Source of the DNA: Epiperipatus broadwayi
Lineage: Eukaryota > Animalia > Onychophora
Reading direction: 5' to 3'
Length of the DNA stretch: 64,000 nt
NCBI GenBank assembly: GCA_028023455.1
Contig: JAQFVV010000008.1
Location: 8,060,001 to 8,124,000, forward strand
Shown: positions 40,590 to 52,968 of the stretch, piece after piece
Position numbering within the stretch: the stretch's first letter is position 1
How the letters are laid out: every line of letters begins with the position of its first letter
Notes under the pieces: model-generated
Databases searched by the model: none
Seen by the model: only the letters and a program-made list of their open reading frames with translations
Told to the model about the DNA's origin: nothing
Made by a program: the position numbers and the translations under genes

Positions 40590-41998
40590 TGTACCGTTTA
40601 TATATGGTACAAATATATTGGCATTTGGTAAAAGCTAAAAAAAAAAAGAGTAAACTTAGATTTTTTTTATTAGTATAATTTACTTTTTTAAGAATGTACA
40701 GTGAAAGTTAAAATTGTCTTTCGTATTTTTTTTTATGTAATTAAAAATAAAAGTTAAAATTGGAGAGAACAAAAGACACACAAATTACTAATCCAGATAA
40801 ATTAAAAGAATTCCAGTAGTAAAAAGATAAGCTAAAAGAAAAATATTTTAGCTAATTAAAATGGCAGGATTATGCTACAAAAAAATAAAGACTTTGTAAC
40901 GTAAATTTTATAAAGAATGTACAAGATTATCAGCGTATATTTTTGATAAACAAAAGGTATGTGCAGAAGTCTGAAAATTGGACCTCTAGTATAAAAAGGT
41001 GGGGGCCTGTTTGATCAACATCTTGTTTCATCTGTTTATCTATAGTTAGTCCTGGATAACAAGAATATATCCAGGATCACCCTACGCAGAAATAATTCTG
41101 CATGTCGGAGTGAATTGGAGCTTCTGCGGACATTGTGCCTGAAGATGGACACCAGAAAAGCCTTCATGACCGACTAGGAGAATAGACCACAAGATCAACT
41201 TATAACCAATGGCCAAGCTCATTCTAACCAAAAAAACTAAGCATAGTAATCTATCAAACTTCTCACTAAACTTACCGGTAAGACATGACTCTTTATTATT
41301 CCCAATTGTGACTAAATTGTCGACAAACCATTTTGCAAACAACTCTTAAAAATATACGTATAATAGCATTCCGATAGAGACTTTAATTTTTCTGTTCAAC
41401 AGACTTTTATTTATCCAAGAACTTTTTTAATTGTGAAACATGTTTTTTATTAATGTGCGTGTGTTCTCTCCCGTTTATTTAATTAACAATTGAACTTAAA
41501 CATAATTTTAGTTTGTTAGAATAAAAGAGATTTTACTTTTATCAACCTTTTTTATTGTGCGTTATTAATAATAGTTATTAATTATTATTAAATTTATTAA
41601 TATTAGTTTAGTGATTTTTAAAAATATAATTTACCATTGCCAATATGTTTAATAAGTTCCAATAGTAATAATGTTTAATATATAGGGTATATGAGGAAAT
41701 AATTTTAGTTACGGTAAAATGTAATACTGTCTTTTAAAAGCATTTTTTTTTTAATTTACGAGTTACGATATGTTTGACACAGAATCAGGGAGTCTAATCG
41801 ACTCTGGCGCCCTCATTTATAAATTAAAAGCTGATTCAGCTCACAATTGTAATCGTAACAATTCTAGGACGAATTGATTAGGAAATATAGTTATGTTTTT
41901 TAGAAATAGAAATACAACTTTCTTCTTTTTTGCATAACTTGATCAACTCGCGCATTTTATATGTGTAATAGAGGCCTAGCAAGACGGAAAACGTTATA
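40590..41998 (+). repeat. 3' LTR
   Basis: Direct repeat of 38426-39847 with scattered substitutions (many CpG transitions) and small indels. Confidence 0.9.
41104..41174 (+). ncRNA. Type III hammerhead-like fold in the 3' LTR (weaker stem I)
   Basis: GCTT C TGCG-GACAT-TGTG c CTGAAGA TGG-ACA-CCA GAA AAGC. Core identical to the 5' copy. Predicted cut after C41124. Confidence 0.5.
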
Positions 41999-42255
41999 GT
42001 AGACTATTATCATCATATAACTTTTTCCTTACAATAGACAATGCCTCATCATGTGGTACATTTGTAAATAAACTTTCCACATCAAAGCTTACCAATATGT
42101 CATTTTTATTTCCATTTTCATGTTCCTGATTAATTCTACAAAGTGCTTGGAATCCCTGATGAAGGACTGTGTTTTATAGGTCAATGGACTAAGAACTTTA
42201 AGAAGAAATCTCAACAAATTTTGACAGTGAAGGTAGTCCATAAAGGTGGGGGGGG
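41999..42255 (-). mobile_element. Penelope-like element, 5' part (RT domains 2-3), 5'-truncated
   Basis: LSPLTYKTQSFIRDSKHFVELI, then ILVSFDVESLFTNVPHDEALSIVRKKLYDDNS, continuing in frame into 38421 once the LTR element is removed. Confidence 0.9.
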
Positions 42256-42257
42256 GG

Positions 42258-42440
42258 GATTTGAAGGACTCAGGAGGATTTAAACCATTACTCAAAATGT
42301 TGTGTAATTTCTTATCTATGTTGTCTATTTGTGTGTTACTAATAACAAGTTGATTGTATTTAAAATGTTCTATACATTCAACATTTATTGATAGATGATG
42401 GAAATAGTCCAACATATTATCACATCTAATATATCATCAT
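42258..42440 (+). repeat. Inverted partial copy of the PLE 3' module at the truncated 5' end
   Basis: 'gactcaggaggattt.aacca' and 'tatctatttgtgtgttact..aacaagtt..ttgtattt' match 43135-43490 and the reverse of 37200-37500. Confidence 0.7.
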
Positions 42441-42499
42441 TAAAAAGTTTCAGATAAATACCAAGTACTCTATATGGACCTGATGCTATGTTGAGGTTT

Positions 42500-43500
42500 A
42501 GATATTATGAAAAATTATGTCTAGAATGGTTAAAGTAGAAAATTATTCAACTTATGTAAATGTAAATCAGAAGGAATTACTCTTGAAGGGTTTGCAATTA
42601 AAACCTATTTTCTCCGAGAGAGCTGAGAAGATTATTCAGAGAGCAAATGAGACCTTATTGAGAGAAAGAATAATGTTGAATGGTTTTTCAAGACAAATTA
42701 AAGAAAATCTGCAATCAATATAAACTTAGAACAGCTTTCCAAAGCCACACCACACTTCAAGGAATTCTAACTTCTACAAAGCTTAAACTGGAAATACTGA
42801 AGAATAAAAATTGCATCTATGAAATACCATGTGATCTGGAAGGAGGAAGTATATTGGTGAGAAATGTTGCCCTGTTGAACAGCAATTGAAAAAATACAAA
42901 ATAATGGTTAAAAGAGGAAAAACGGATATATCTACAGTAGCAGACCATGTGTTCAATTGGAAAAATAAAAAAAATATTGGATAGAGAGAAAAAGGTGCAA
43001 AGAAGAAAATTCAAGGAAGTTGAATATGACAATGGCAAATAATCCTACTAATCAACCCAGTGTGGCAGTAGTCAATGTATGGAAGCTTCTAATTAGCCTT
43101 GCTCTTAGAAAAAACTATTAAATTTTTTTTGAAGACTCAGGAGGATTTGAACCAACCCTCATATATAAATATACGAAATTTCTACTATCTGTTGCCTTTG
43201 GTAGAATAGTTCAGTTGGTTAGAGCATTGCCTTAAAATTCAATATTTATAATCTAAAGGTGTAGATTCAACTCCGATGATAATATTGTCACTGGTCAAGA
43301 CAGCAACATTGGAAGAAGAGTGGAGAATAATACTATTCAAAATGTGTAATTACTGACATGTGTTATCTATTTGTGTGTTATTACTAACAAGTTGTTTGTA
43401 TTTGGAAAGTTTACATGTAGTTTAAAATTTTCTATACATTCAATATTTACTGATAATTGATAGAAATAGTCCAACATATAACATCTCAGTGCATATTGCT
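42500..43500 (+). mobile_element. Internally deleted PLE: N-terminal ORF region fused to linker and GIY-YIG, RT absent
   Basis: LLLKGLQLKPIFSERAEKIIQRANETLLRERI (PLE N-terminal-like) runs almost directly into DKLKKICNQYKLRTAFQSHTTLQGIL..KNCIYEIPCD..KYIGE. Confidence 0.75.
43203..43275 (+). other. tRNA-like (Ile-AAT-like) A-box/B-box module inside the PLE 3' region
   Basis: TAGTTCAGTTGGTTAGAGC ... AAGGTGTAGATTCAACTCC. The A-box part is also in the minus-strand copy at ~37400-37435. Confidence 0.55.
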
Positions 43501-44403
43501 AGCTGAAAATTCAAATACAAAATATTCAAATCCCAAACATTGTATTTTCAACAACGTCTTCTGTAAATATAATGTGACACTCTTTATTTGAATAAATCTA
43601 TATTTTAATATATAAGATTGTTGCAGCATACGATTCAATACTGTATCCTTTAGAATCATGCTGTTTGAAATTTAGTCTTTATATTTATTCACAGAGGGTG
43701 TTCTTGAAAGCCTGGGAGGGTGATTTGAACATTTTGTGTATATGCTTTAGAGAGACTATATTCATTAAAAATATAAATTGCAATTTTTCTGGGGGAAAAA
43801 AAATTGAATTATATATATTATATCACAACAGAGAGATTACTCAAGCTCTCATGGAACATGCATTTGACTGAGACAGACAGCTATTATTACTATATACTGT
43901 ATAGAAAACACTAGTGATAGCTTCGTTACTTGGTGTAATTTAGCACAATGGTAGAGCAGTAGATTTTTGTAGCTCATCTATGAACTTACAGTATAAAGTA
44001 TCGCTTTTGATGCACAAACTTCTTATTCACTCCTGAGCAATAAATCTTTCAGTTATTTATTTATAATTTCATTTACAATTAACTTATGGCAATACATTTT
44101 ATTTTCAATGTGTGAAAGTTGTTACTTTTCATCTTTGTAATGCGTTTAAATAAAAAAAATAATATTAACCATATTACTTAAAGATATTATGTGACCCATT
44201 TCATTGATCATTTCGAAATTAATGTTTAATGAATAATATAATAAATTTGGTATTTTTAAATATAATGATATAAATCAATTAACAGTATGATCACCACTCT
44301 ATAGTGTTAAACCTTAAATAAATATATTGTAATGATATGATGTGAAGGAGGTGTTGCAAGTCATTATCAATAAGTGAATATGATTGTAGTAAATGATTAA
44401 AAA

Positions 44404-44485
44404 ATCAGCATAGGAAGCCAATATATATATATATATTAATAGGTATCAGCATAGGAAGCCAATATATATATATATATTAATAGGT
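44404..44485. repeat. 41-bp tandem duplication containing (AT)n
   Basis: 'atcagcataggaagccaatatatatatatatattaataggt' occurs twice. Confidence 0.9.
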
Positions 44486-45319
44486 AAACAATAACAGCAG
44501 CAAGTTAACTCAAATAATCAATAGTGGATAATCAGCAGTCATCCTTTGTGATTGGATTTAAAAGAATCGTACTATAAAATCTTAAGCTAACTATCATCTA
44601 GCTAATGCCAAACTTAGGGCATGAAATTATAAAAGAACATTAATATTTTATCTGCACATGTATAAATAATTGCTAACATAATTATAAAATTCAACTTCCA
44701 TCAAAAAATGCTGGTGCCATTATATTATTGCTGATTTGGACCAATAGGTGCCATGAGTATACTGGCCCCAATTAAACTAGTCACTAATATCATAAAACAA
44801 ATAAATAAAATATGTAGAGCTTAAAAATGACTTTTATAACCTTTTATGCTTTAAATATGTTTATAAACATATTACGTTGTGTGTTGTGAGACCAATAAAT
44901 CTCATTATTATTCTTGGAGAAAAAGAAAAAAGGATTGTGCATAGACATAATTTAGGTCTTTATTTCTGATTTTGATAAAAATTAAATTTTAATACCTGTA
45001 TATAATCCAATAAATCAAGGCCAGAAGTGGGTTTTTTTAATTATACAGTTTTAGGGAGCCCTATAAGAAATGTCTATAACAAAATGGCTGAAAAGAAGCA
45101 TCATATTGTCAGTCTTTTTTTTTTTTTTGTTAGTGTTATTTTAAAAAAAGACACTTGTATCAAAATTATTTTCACTTTAATTTTTTTTTTTCTATTAAAT
45201 GAAGCTATTAATATAAAAATATAACAAATGTAAATTTTAAAAAAAGAGATAGATGAAACCTTTTTTTTTTATTCATTATTTATAAAACATGATATTTGAG
45301 AATTCCTCATGTCAGCAGT

Positions 45320-46070
45320 TTGAAATCCTTAAGGATGTGTAAAATTACCTCAAATGAACCTTGATCTTTGATGTGACATAAATTCAGCAAAATACAAATC
45401 CAGATGTTGTATGATTCCATGGTGTTTTTTGTTTCCCATTTGCCCAGATCCTACAGTCTCTTTATATTTTGCATATGTTGAAGCAGCAAAAGTTACAGTG
45501 GCGATTCATTTGGAAATGTTCAAATCCTACATTTCTTATTTCATTGCTTATAATTATAGCCTTTTCAATAGTCTGAATATATAGTAGATCCATTGGTGAC
45601 ATTTTTTTATCGCATTCATAAGAATAGCCACTGTTCTACTTGGAACAGTTACAATGAATCCCTGATTGGTCTGTACATAAACCACCTAATAATCAGTGCT
45701 GTGGAAGTCTTCCATGTTGATTTTTTTTCTCTTTATGAAAAGAGTTTCATCAATTTTTACTATTTTGTTAGGTCTTCCAATTTTGTATATGGGTTGAGAT
45801 AAAAGTCTAGATATGCACACTTCTCTGAGGTAATTGTTTGAATCAATAACTGTCTTTTTTGGACAAATCCAATTATTCTTTTCCCATAAATCTGACTGCA
45901 TTCAGAAATGAAATTTTGGAGCTCGGAAACCACATTACTTTCTGAATGGATATTTTGTTGCAATAAGTTTTGATGCATCACCATGGTTGCAGATAAACTG
46001 TCACATCATAGCCATTAACACAGAATTTTCAATAAATCTGGATCCCATATATTTGGCAATACTCACTGTG
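45320..46070 (-). mobile_element. Merlin (IS1016/IS1595-like) DNA transposase pseudogene
   Basis: NYLREVC..KIGRPNKIVKIDETLFIKRK, then LGGLC, FIVTVPSRT, GSTIYSD, matching Merlin VEIDE..F.KRK / WVFGG / TTI.SD motifs. Frameshifted. TIRs not confidently found. Confidence 0.85.
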
Positions 46071-47561
46071 TGTATGCTCTTCAATTTGAGGAAGATCCCA
46101 AATTTTCAACATTTTGAAAAAATGATAGTGACAAAAAGAAAGATGCTGATTTTAAACAAACTATGAAAATGATTTGAGAATGTCACATTTTGACATAATA
46201 ATATAAATTTTAAAAACTGAAATATACCTGAATGGAATTTATAATTGATTTTTTTTTTTTTTAAACTTAACACATATTCATTAAAGTGAATTTATAAATA
46301 AACAAATATTATAGGGCCTCTGAAACTTATAATTTTTTTTAAAAAAATGCTTCCAGCCATGGTTTACCAGAAGTATCTAAATTTTTAATGTAACAAAGAA
46401 AGAAAAATATTTTTGCCTAAAGTAAGGATTTTTTTTTTTTTTATAATATACAATTATATAGTTAACCTGTCTATTTTTCAGACTGATGTTTTATCAGTCT
46501 GGAAGTCAAGAAATTGAATTTGCATTTTTTACCCTCAACTGACAGATTTTGTGAACCTTTTAATTTCAAAAAAATTCTATGACAGGAGAATTTAAAAGTG
46601 GGAATTTCAAAATATGGCAAGTTCTATAATGATGAGCACTCAATGTACTCTTTTCAGCCTCAAACATTGGGATAACTTTGCAATATTACTTTGAGAAAAT
46701 ATTATGAATGACTAAAAACTTAATTTTTTTGAAAGTTTATGATTATTTTTGCATAGTAATCATGTGGTAGTTATTAGAAATTAAAAATATATATTATTAC
46801 ATTTATTTTTTACAGAAATGTTTTATTTTTAAATCTAAAAGATTATATTTTTCTGAATAACAGTTACCATGGAAATTGTGATTGCTGGAAATGTGATATT
46901 TCTAGAAAATGTCGTCATTAACAATCTGTTAGAAAATATAGCAATATTGTAAAAATTACTTAACAATTTTAAACTTTTAAACCATAAGTTGATAGATTAA
47001 CTAGATATTAATAATTATTCATTGAGATTTTAAAAACAAACATCAAAGAAATAACATTTCATTCATTTTGCAAATGGAATCTGCTCCACCTGAAATTTGA
47101 TGATGAAATAGCATTTTGTTTTGATTAAAATCTAATTTTTAAAATAATTCTGAAAATTAAATATGATTTTTTAAATTTTATTTTCTAAACAAAAATATCT
47201 CTCAAATTAGATCAAATTTATTATACTCTAATAAATAATAGTGGTTTAATATTAAAATGAATGATGAAAGCTTATAGCAAATGAGAACAAAGAAATGTGT
47301 CAGAATACAGGAGGATTAATGTTATAATCTGTTTTTATTCAAAGAATTAAGAAATTTATTAAAACGGTTTTGGTTTTGATAAATGTAAATTTAAAAATAG
47401 AGAAATTGTAATTTAGTTATACTGTTTTTATTAATAATAAAAAAAAGATTTATTGTTAACTCTTCTGTTTATACCTTTCATTACATCTACTATAAATAAT
47501 AGATTTAACTCAATGTGGGTGAAATATAACATTTTTTGGGTTGAAGTTTATGAAATTATAG

Positions 47562-47644
47562 AAGCTGAAATCACTTGAAGACCTTGGACATGTTACACCT
47601 GCTTTCTATATGAGAAGCCAGCCCAATCTTACTATATACCAGTG
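47562..47644 (+). CDS. Candidate internal exon KLKSLEDLGHVTPAFYMRSQPNLTIYQW
   Basis: TAG acceptor, 'GTG|gtaagt' donor, open phase 0 to 2, locally raised GC. Confidence 0.35.
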
Positions 47645-48499
47645 GTAAGTGTTGAACTGTGATAGTACATGTAAGAGTTCTGTCAGTGGATACTTATTTC
47701 ATCAGCATAGAAATTGACAAAATCTGATTATATAGTCCTTATGCTACAGCTATTTTATAAATGCTACCTTATATATGCATGGAAATACAGATTAAAGAAA
47801 TCTATCAGTTCTTGCATGAGATCTATTTCATGAACTATCATATGGAAATACAGATTAAAAAATCAATTATTGAGTAAATATATATCCTGTGATTGTAGTT
47901 AAATATATATGAAAGAAAAAGAAACTATAACTGAAGATAAACAATGGAAAATTCTCCTTACAGTAGTGCCTATGTAAGCATATGAAATGGTGATTATGTG
48001 ATGTGGAGGTAAACAACTATTAAATAAAATTAAAACATCTGGCTAAATCAATTAATGGACAGAAATTAGATAATATTTGTTTAAAGTTTGCAATTAGAGA
48101 AAACATAAGTTAAAGAAAAAATAAATTTCACATAGACTTTCAAGAAAAATAAGATTTCTATATCCTAAAAGCTTTTGCTTACAATTTTATATATCAAAAA
48201 ATAATAATAACAACTTGTTTGTAATGACAATACAATTAAAATTTATAACATATATTATTTTTTATAGTAGAATATGAATCTGTTTGCACTTTATATATAT
48301 ATATATAGTTAAAATAGAATAATATTGATCTATAGATGTAATGAATTAAGTTATTAAAATATATAATGTAGACAATATATATGCAGATATATATATATAC
48401 ATTTGTAAGGCCACTCATATATTAAAATAGAATAATATGCCTTGGCTTATTAATGATTAGAATATTTTATATTGTCATAGCTTGGTCATATATATATTT

Positions 48500-49270
48500 A
48501 GAAAGGGCTTGAACTCAGACTTTCAAACTCCCTACACTTCCACACTCTCTTATACAATCGATACACATGATCACATACATATAAAAAATATAAATGATTT
48601 TCAATATATGTATTTTGTGCTGAACCAGCACTAATCACTTGGTCCAGATCACCATCTTCCACACATATGTACAATCAGTGCTCAGATTATGTTAAGATAG
48701 CAAAACTTCAAACTTTAATGGACAAGCTTCAATCTTCTCCACTCTCCAATTCTTCAGCCATCCATATCATTAAAAATCTAAAGATGAAACACTGAAAGCC
48801 CTTGTTAGTGCCAATATTATTGTCATGTCCATGTTGACTTTAAGTCACTCTCACCCCTCACATATAGGACATTAATATGTCCATTTAAATATAAAGGGAT
48901 GGGCAGAAAACAGGCTCCAATATGTAATATTTAAATATATATATGAACTTGACAATAATATTGGCATCAACAAGGGCTTTGAATGTTTTATCCTTGGATT
49001 TTCAATGATATGGATGGTTGAAGAATTGGCAAATGGAAAAGATTGAAGCTTTTAAAGTTTGAAGATTTGTTATCTTAACATAATCTGAGCACTGTTTGTA
49101 TATATGTGTGGGAGATGGTGATCTGGATCAACTGATGAGCGCTGGTTCAGCATGAAATACATATATTGGAGATCATTTATCTTTTTCACGTACATGTGAT
49201 CATATGTATCAATTGTATAAGATAGAGTGGATAGCTGTAAGGAGCTTGATAGTCTGAATTCAAGTCACTA
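48500..49270. mobile_element. Fold-back PLE-derived element, family A, copy 2 (longer arms)
   Basis: Arms ~48500-48825 and ~48949-49270 with a ~120-bp spacer. Same termini as 15823-16308. Confidence 0.8.
49128..49169 (+). ncRNA. Minimal type I hammerhead ribozyme (family A)
   Basis: TCAA CTGATGA GCGCT-GGTTC-AGCAT GAAA TACATA TA TTGG. Core intact. The partner in the left arm (~48602-48645) has a dead core. Confidence 0.65.
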
Positions 49271-49379
49271 AAAATTACTTTAAGTTTAGTATAGACAAGA
49301 TACATGTATTTAAATATTATATATATATAATCATTTATAAACCCAGTTAGCCTTGAGTTTTATTACACTTATTATTTCA

Positions 49380-49680
49380 GTAATACTTTCGGTGCAATTT
49401 GGAAATTATAATTGCAGTTTGTAATGTTATATTTGAATACTTAATAGTCTATTCAGAACAGGTTATATTTATCTGTTTAAGGAAGTTTATTTAAACTTCT
49501 ATGTATCAATAATTTCAATCTCTGTGGTCAAGTTGCAATCTTTAGAATATATAAATATATTGACCATAAATAAAGATGGGATTTCACCTTTATTGTTAAA
49601 AGAAGGTTGCCTCGACAACAGTTTGAAATTATTGATTGTTATTGATATTGGGATTGTCTAAGTGATGACTTGTTTTTAAT
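49380..49680 (-). mobile_element. PLE GIY-YIG C-terminal fragment
   Basis: Minus strand ILKIAT*PQRLKLLIHRSLNKLP. Third copy of the 24 kb fragment. Confidence 0.55.
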
Positions 49681-52132
49681 ATATATATATATATAGTAAA
49701 TGGGACCATTTAAAATGCATATATTTGTAAATTATAGATTAAATAATGTTATATACATAGTTTTGTTTATCAATGTATGAAAATATTTTATATTTGATAA
49801 TAATCAAAATCAGAATGTTTTATTTGTAATACAGAGTATTTATCAGATCTTTCATTTTTTTAATATTATAGTTACTATTTCCAATCAATAAATTTATTAA
49901 TCATAACTTCTAGTTATTCCAATGAAATTATTTAATAATAAATTATTTTTTATGTATATTCTCTTGTTCATTATCTCCAGGATCCTTATGATCCCAAAGC
50001 TAGCTTTGGATTAACAATATATGGATAGATATATGTTTGTGGACATCTATATAAGTATTTTGGGATTATTTAGATAAAGTAATAAAAATCACTTTTAAAA
50101 TCCACACGCTTTATAATGATAATGACTAGTTTAATGAGGGCTAGTACACTCATGATATCTGATGGCCCAGAGAATAGATAATGGTCAATATAGCATTCTT
50201 ATTTGTTTTAGCACCTATGTCATACAGATAAAATATTAGTCTTTTTTTATAGTATGCCTCATGTTTAGCATTGGCTAAATCATGACTAGACTATGATTTT
50301 GTAGTATAAATCTTTTAAATCAAGTCATGAAGGATGACTGTTGAGTCTGTTATTGATTATTTGATTAGATTAATGTGTTACTAATAATCTGTTTGACAGT
50401 TTATTATTTATATTCATTCTGATGCTGATTTTTAGCTTGTTTACTTTGATCATATTCACTTATTAATGATGGTTTGCATATCCTTTCATTCTGTAACATT
50501 ACAAATGGTACTCTACATGGGATCTACTTAAAAGGGTAGCTATAGTTGATACAAATCAACACCATTATGAACACAAAAATCATTATAATTAAATATGAGT
50601 AATAATAATTGATAATAACATCAACAAATGATCAACATGTCAAGCAGATAATCAGGAGCAAGTTAATCAGTATTCATCTTTTGTTAGTGGATTTAAGAGG
50701 CATATAAAATTTTAGATTAATCATCATCAAACCAATATTAAATTTGGTGCATAATATTATAAAAGAGCAATTATCATTAATTTCTGCTGCATGCCCAAAC
50801 ATAGATGCTAAACAACTAACAATAAGCATTTCAAAAAAGGTTGTGATCATATCAGTATTGATCATCATCAATGCTCAGGATCATGTGGTATCATGAATGT
50901 ATTGTCTCTCATAAAGTCAATGGATTTCAAAATTTCACTTTTATTACCATAGTGCCATTCAAATAATTATTTTAAGAACTATGTGAATGTTCACAAAATA
51001 CATGCACGCACACACCATTAGTCCAAAACTAGTTTTGGAATTGCAAGGCCCTATTGACTGTGAGCAAGAGAAAATATACAATATTTAAACTATGCTAGTA
51101 TTAAATATCTTTATTAGACTAGAATAACCTGAAATAATGATTAATAAATTTATTAATTAGAAATAGTAACAATAAAAAATGAAAGGTCTGATAAACACTA
51201 TATTACAAATAAATCATTCTGATTTTGGCTATTTACCAATATCAGAAAATATTTCCATAGATTGCAAAAAAAAAAAAAAAAAACCAGGATAATAATTGAT
51301 TTAACATGATTTAAATTACAGTTTACAGAAATTCATAAATTGTAAGCAGTATTAAATAAACATATCTTATGCATTTACATGCATGTCTAATAATATAAAA
51401 TATGTCAATACTTAATAAACCAATAAATATTCTATTTTAACCAAATATAAATAATTAACTGTTAAACTTATATATAATATATCTGTAAGTATTGTAAAAT
51501 AAAATATTTCACTAATAATTAATATTTAAACTGAATAATTTTTGCATTCTAATTATAGCCAAAACTAATACATTAGACATTATCATCAAATTTGGATAAC
51601 AAATTTGGTAAATTTATATTTTATAGCTTTAAAAAAAGTTTTTTTTTATAAATGATGCAAAGAAATTCAAAGAAAATATGCCTATAGATTCTATCTTCTG
51701 GAGATTTTAATCTGGTCTGTCACTTTTTTTCTTCTTCTTTATTACTTTTCTCATTATTTAGATAATTTATTCAATTTATTCACAAGTTGTTTAAAACAAA
51801 TCAGGACATTTTTCTTTTCTCTTGAAGAATAAACAGAAATAGATTTTCATTAACTACAGAGTAAGTATTTGAAATATGTCAATATTAATATACATTTTAC
51901 TTACTTTCCAATTTCTTCTGTTTTAATATACATTTGACTTATTTTCCACTTTCTTCTACCTGTTTTTCATATGTATACAAAATAGATTTTATATATGTAC
52001 AATATATATTTAACTTAGTAATTTTCTTTGTGTTTTCATATATACGTAAAGCAGCATTTGTATACCTTACAGGAGTCTCAAAATTAGGCACATTTGTCTT
52101 GTAAATTGCTGGTATAACATAGTTACCAGGTA

Positions 52133-52193
52133 AATGTTGGAAATCCTCCACTCTAATGTTGGAAGTTCTCCACTCTAATGTTGGAAGTCCTCC
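52133..52193. repeat. 22-bp minisatellite (about 2.5 units)
   Basis: Repeating 'ctccactctaatgttggaagt'. Confidence 0.8.
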
Positions 52194-52968
52194 ATTCTCT
52201 TCAGCTTCTGTACAATTTCTGAACTTCAGCAGTACTTACTACTTCTCACATATTGGACTATGAAATCATGGAGAAGCCATTCTGCTTTATTTTTCCATAA
52301 GTTCAAACTTGATCAACATGAAATGTAGTAACAATTGTTCTTCATTTGAAACTGACTCTCTACACACCCTCTACATTCTCTTTAGTAACTATCAGTTAAT
52401 ATGAACTCACTATTTATAGAAATGTAATGGAATTTTAAAACATGATGATTAACAATAAGTATTTTCATTTTTAATTAAAGATAAAACTAAATTGTCATTG
52501 TTCTGTTTTTTAATCTACATTTATCAAAATTTAAAAGTAAATATTAATTAAATAATTTCTGCTTAATATTTTAAGTAAAATCAAATTATGGAATTAACTC
52601 TATAATTAATGTTTATTACAAAAAGTATATAAACCCTTATTTTAGACTTTTTTTTTATCACTGCACATTAAAAATTTAGATTTTTGTCGAAATTAGAAAT
52701 AAGTTTAATAAAATATTTATTAAATAGAGACTTTTTATATATTCTATTTTAAATAATTTATAGTATTTCCAGAAATATCAATTAATATTATTATTCAATC
52801 AACATTTAAGTTATTCTATAATTTATTTTAAATATTTATACATATAGACTTAGTCTATAATTTATCTAGAGTATATGAGCACAGACTTTCATATGATCCA
52901 CCACTCTCCACTCTATCTCATAACACTGATACACTCAAACACATATATGTTGAAAAGATAAATAATCA

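Larger units (their letters stand above)
38426..41998 (+). mobile_element. Non-autonomous LTR retroelement (two ~1.4 kb LTRs, 742-bp non-coding interior), Ty3/gypsy-like cis signals
   Basis: LTR1 38426-39847 (TGTGCCG..CGTTACA), LTR2 40590-41998 (TGTACCG..CGTTATA). TSD GTAG at 38422-38425 and 41999-42002. PBS TGGTGACCC at 39849-39857. No gag/pol ORF seen. Confidence 0.9.

Noticed and set aside
43440-43480. Hammerhead in the tRNA-module PLE ('ctgataattgatagaaatagtc')
   Set aside because: The core is degenerate and no stem I can form in either copy (43440, 42385).
43941-43981. tRNA-Tyr-like gene ('tagcacaatggtagagcagtagatttttgtag')
   Set aside because: Only an A-box and anticodon-arm resemblance, with no T-arm, B-box or acceptor stem. 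At most a decayed fragment.
51939-52235. Protein-coding exon (about 98 open codons, minus strand)
   Set aside because: The frame passes through a 22-bp minisatellite, there are no consistent splice sites in that frame, and no motif was recognised.
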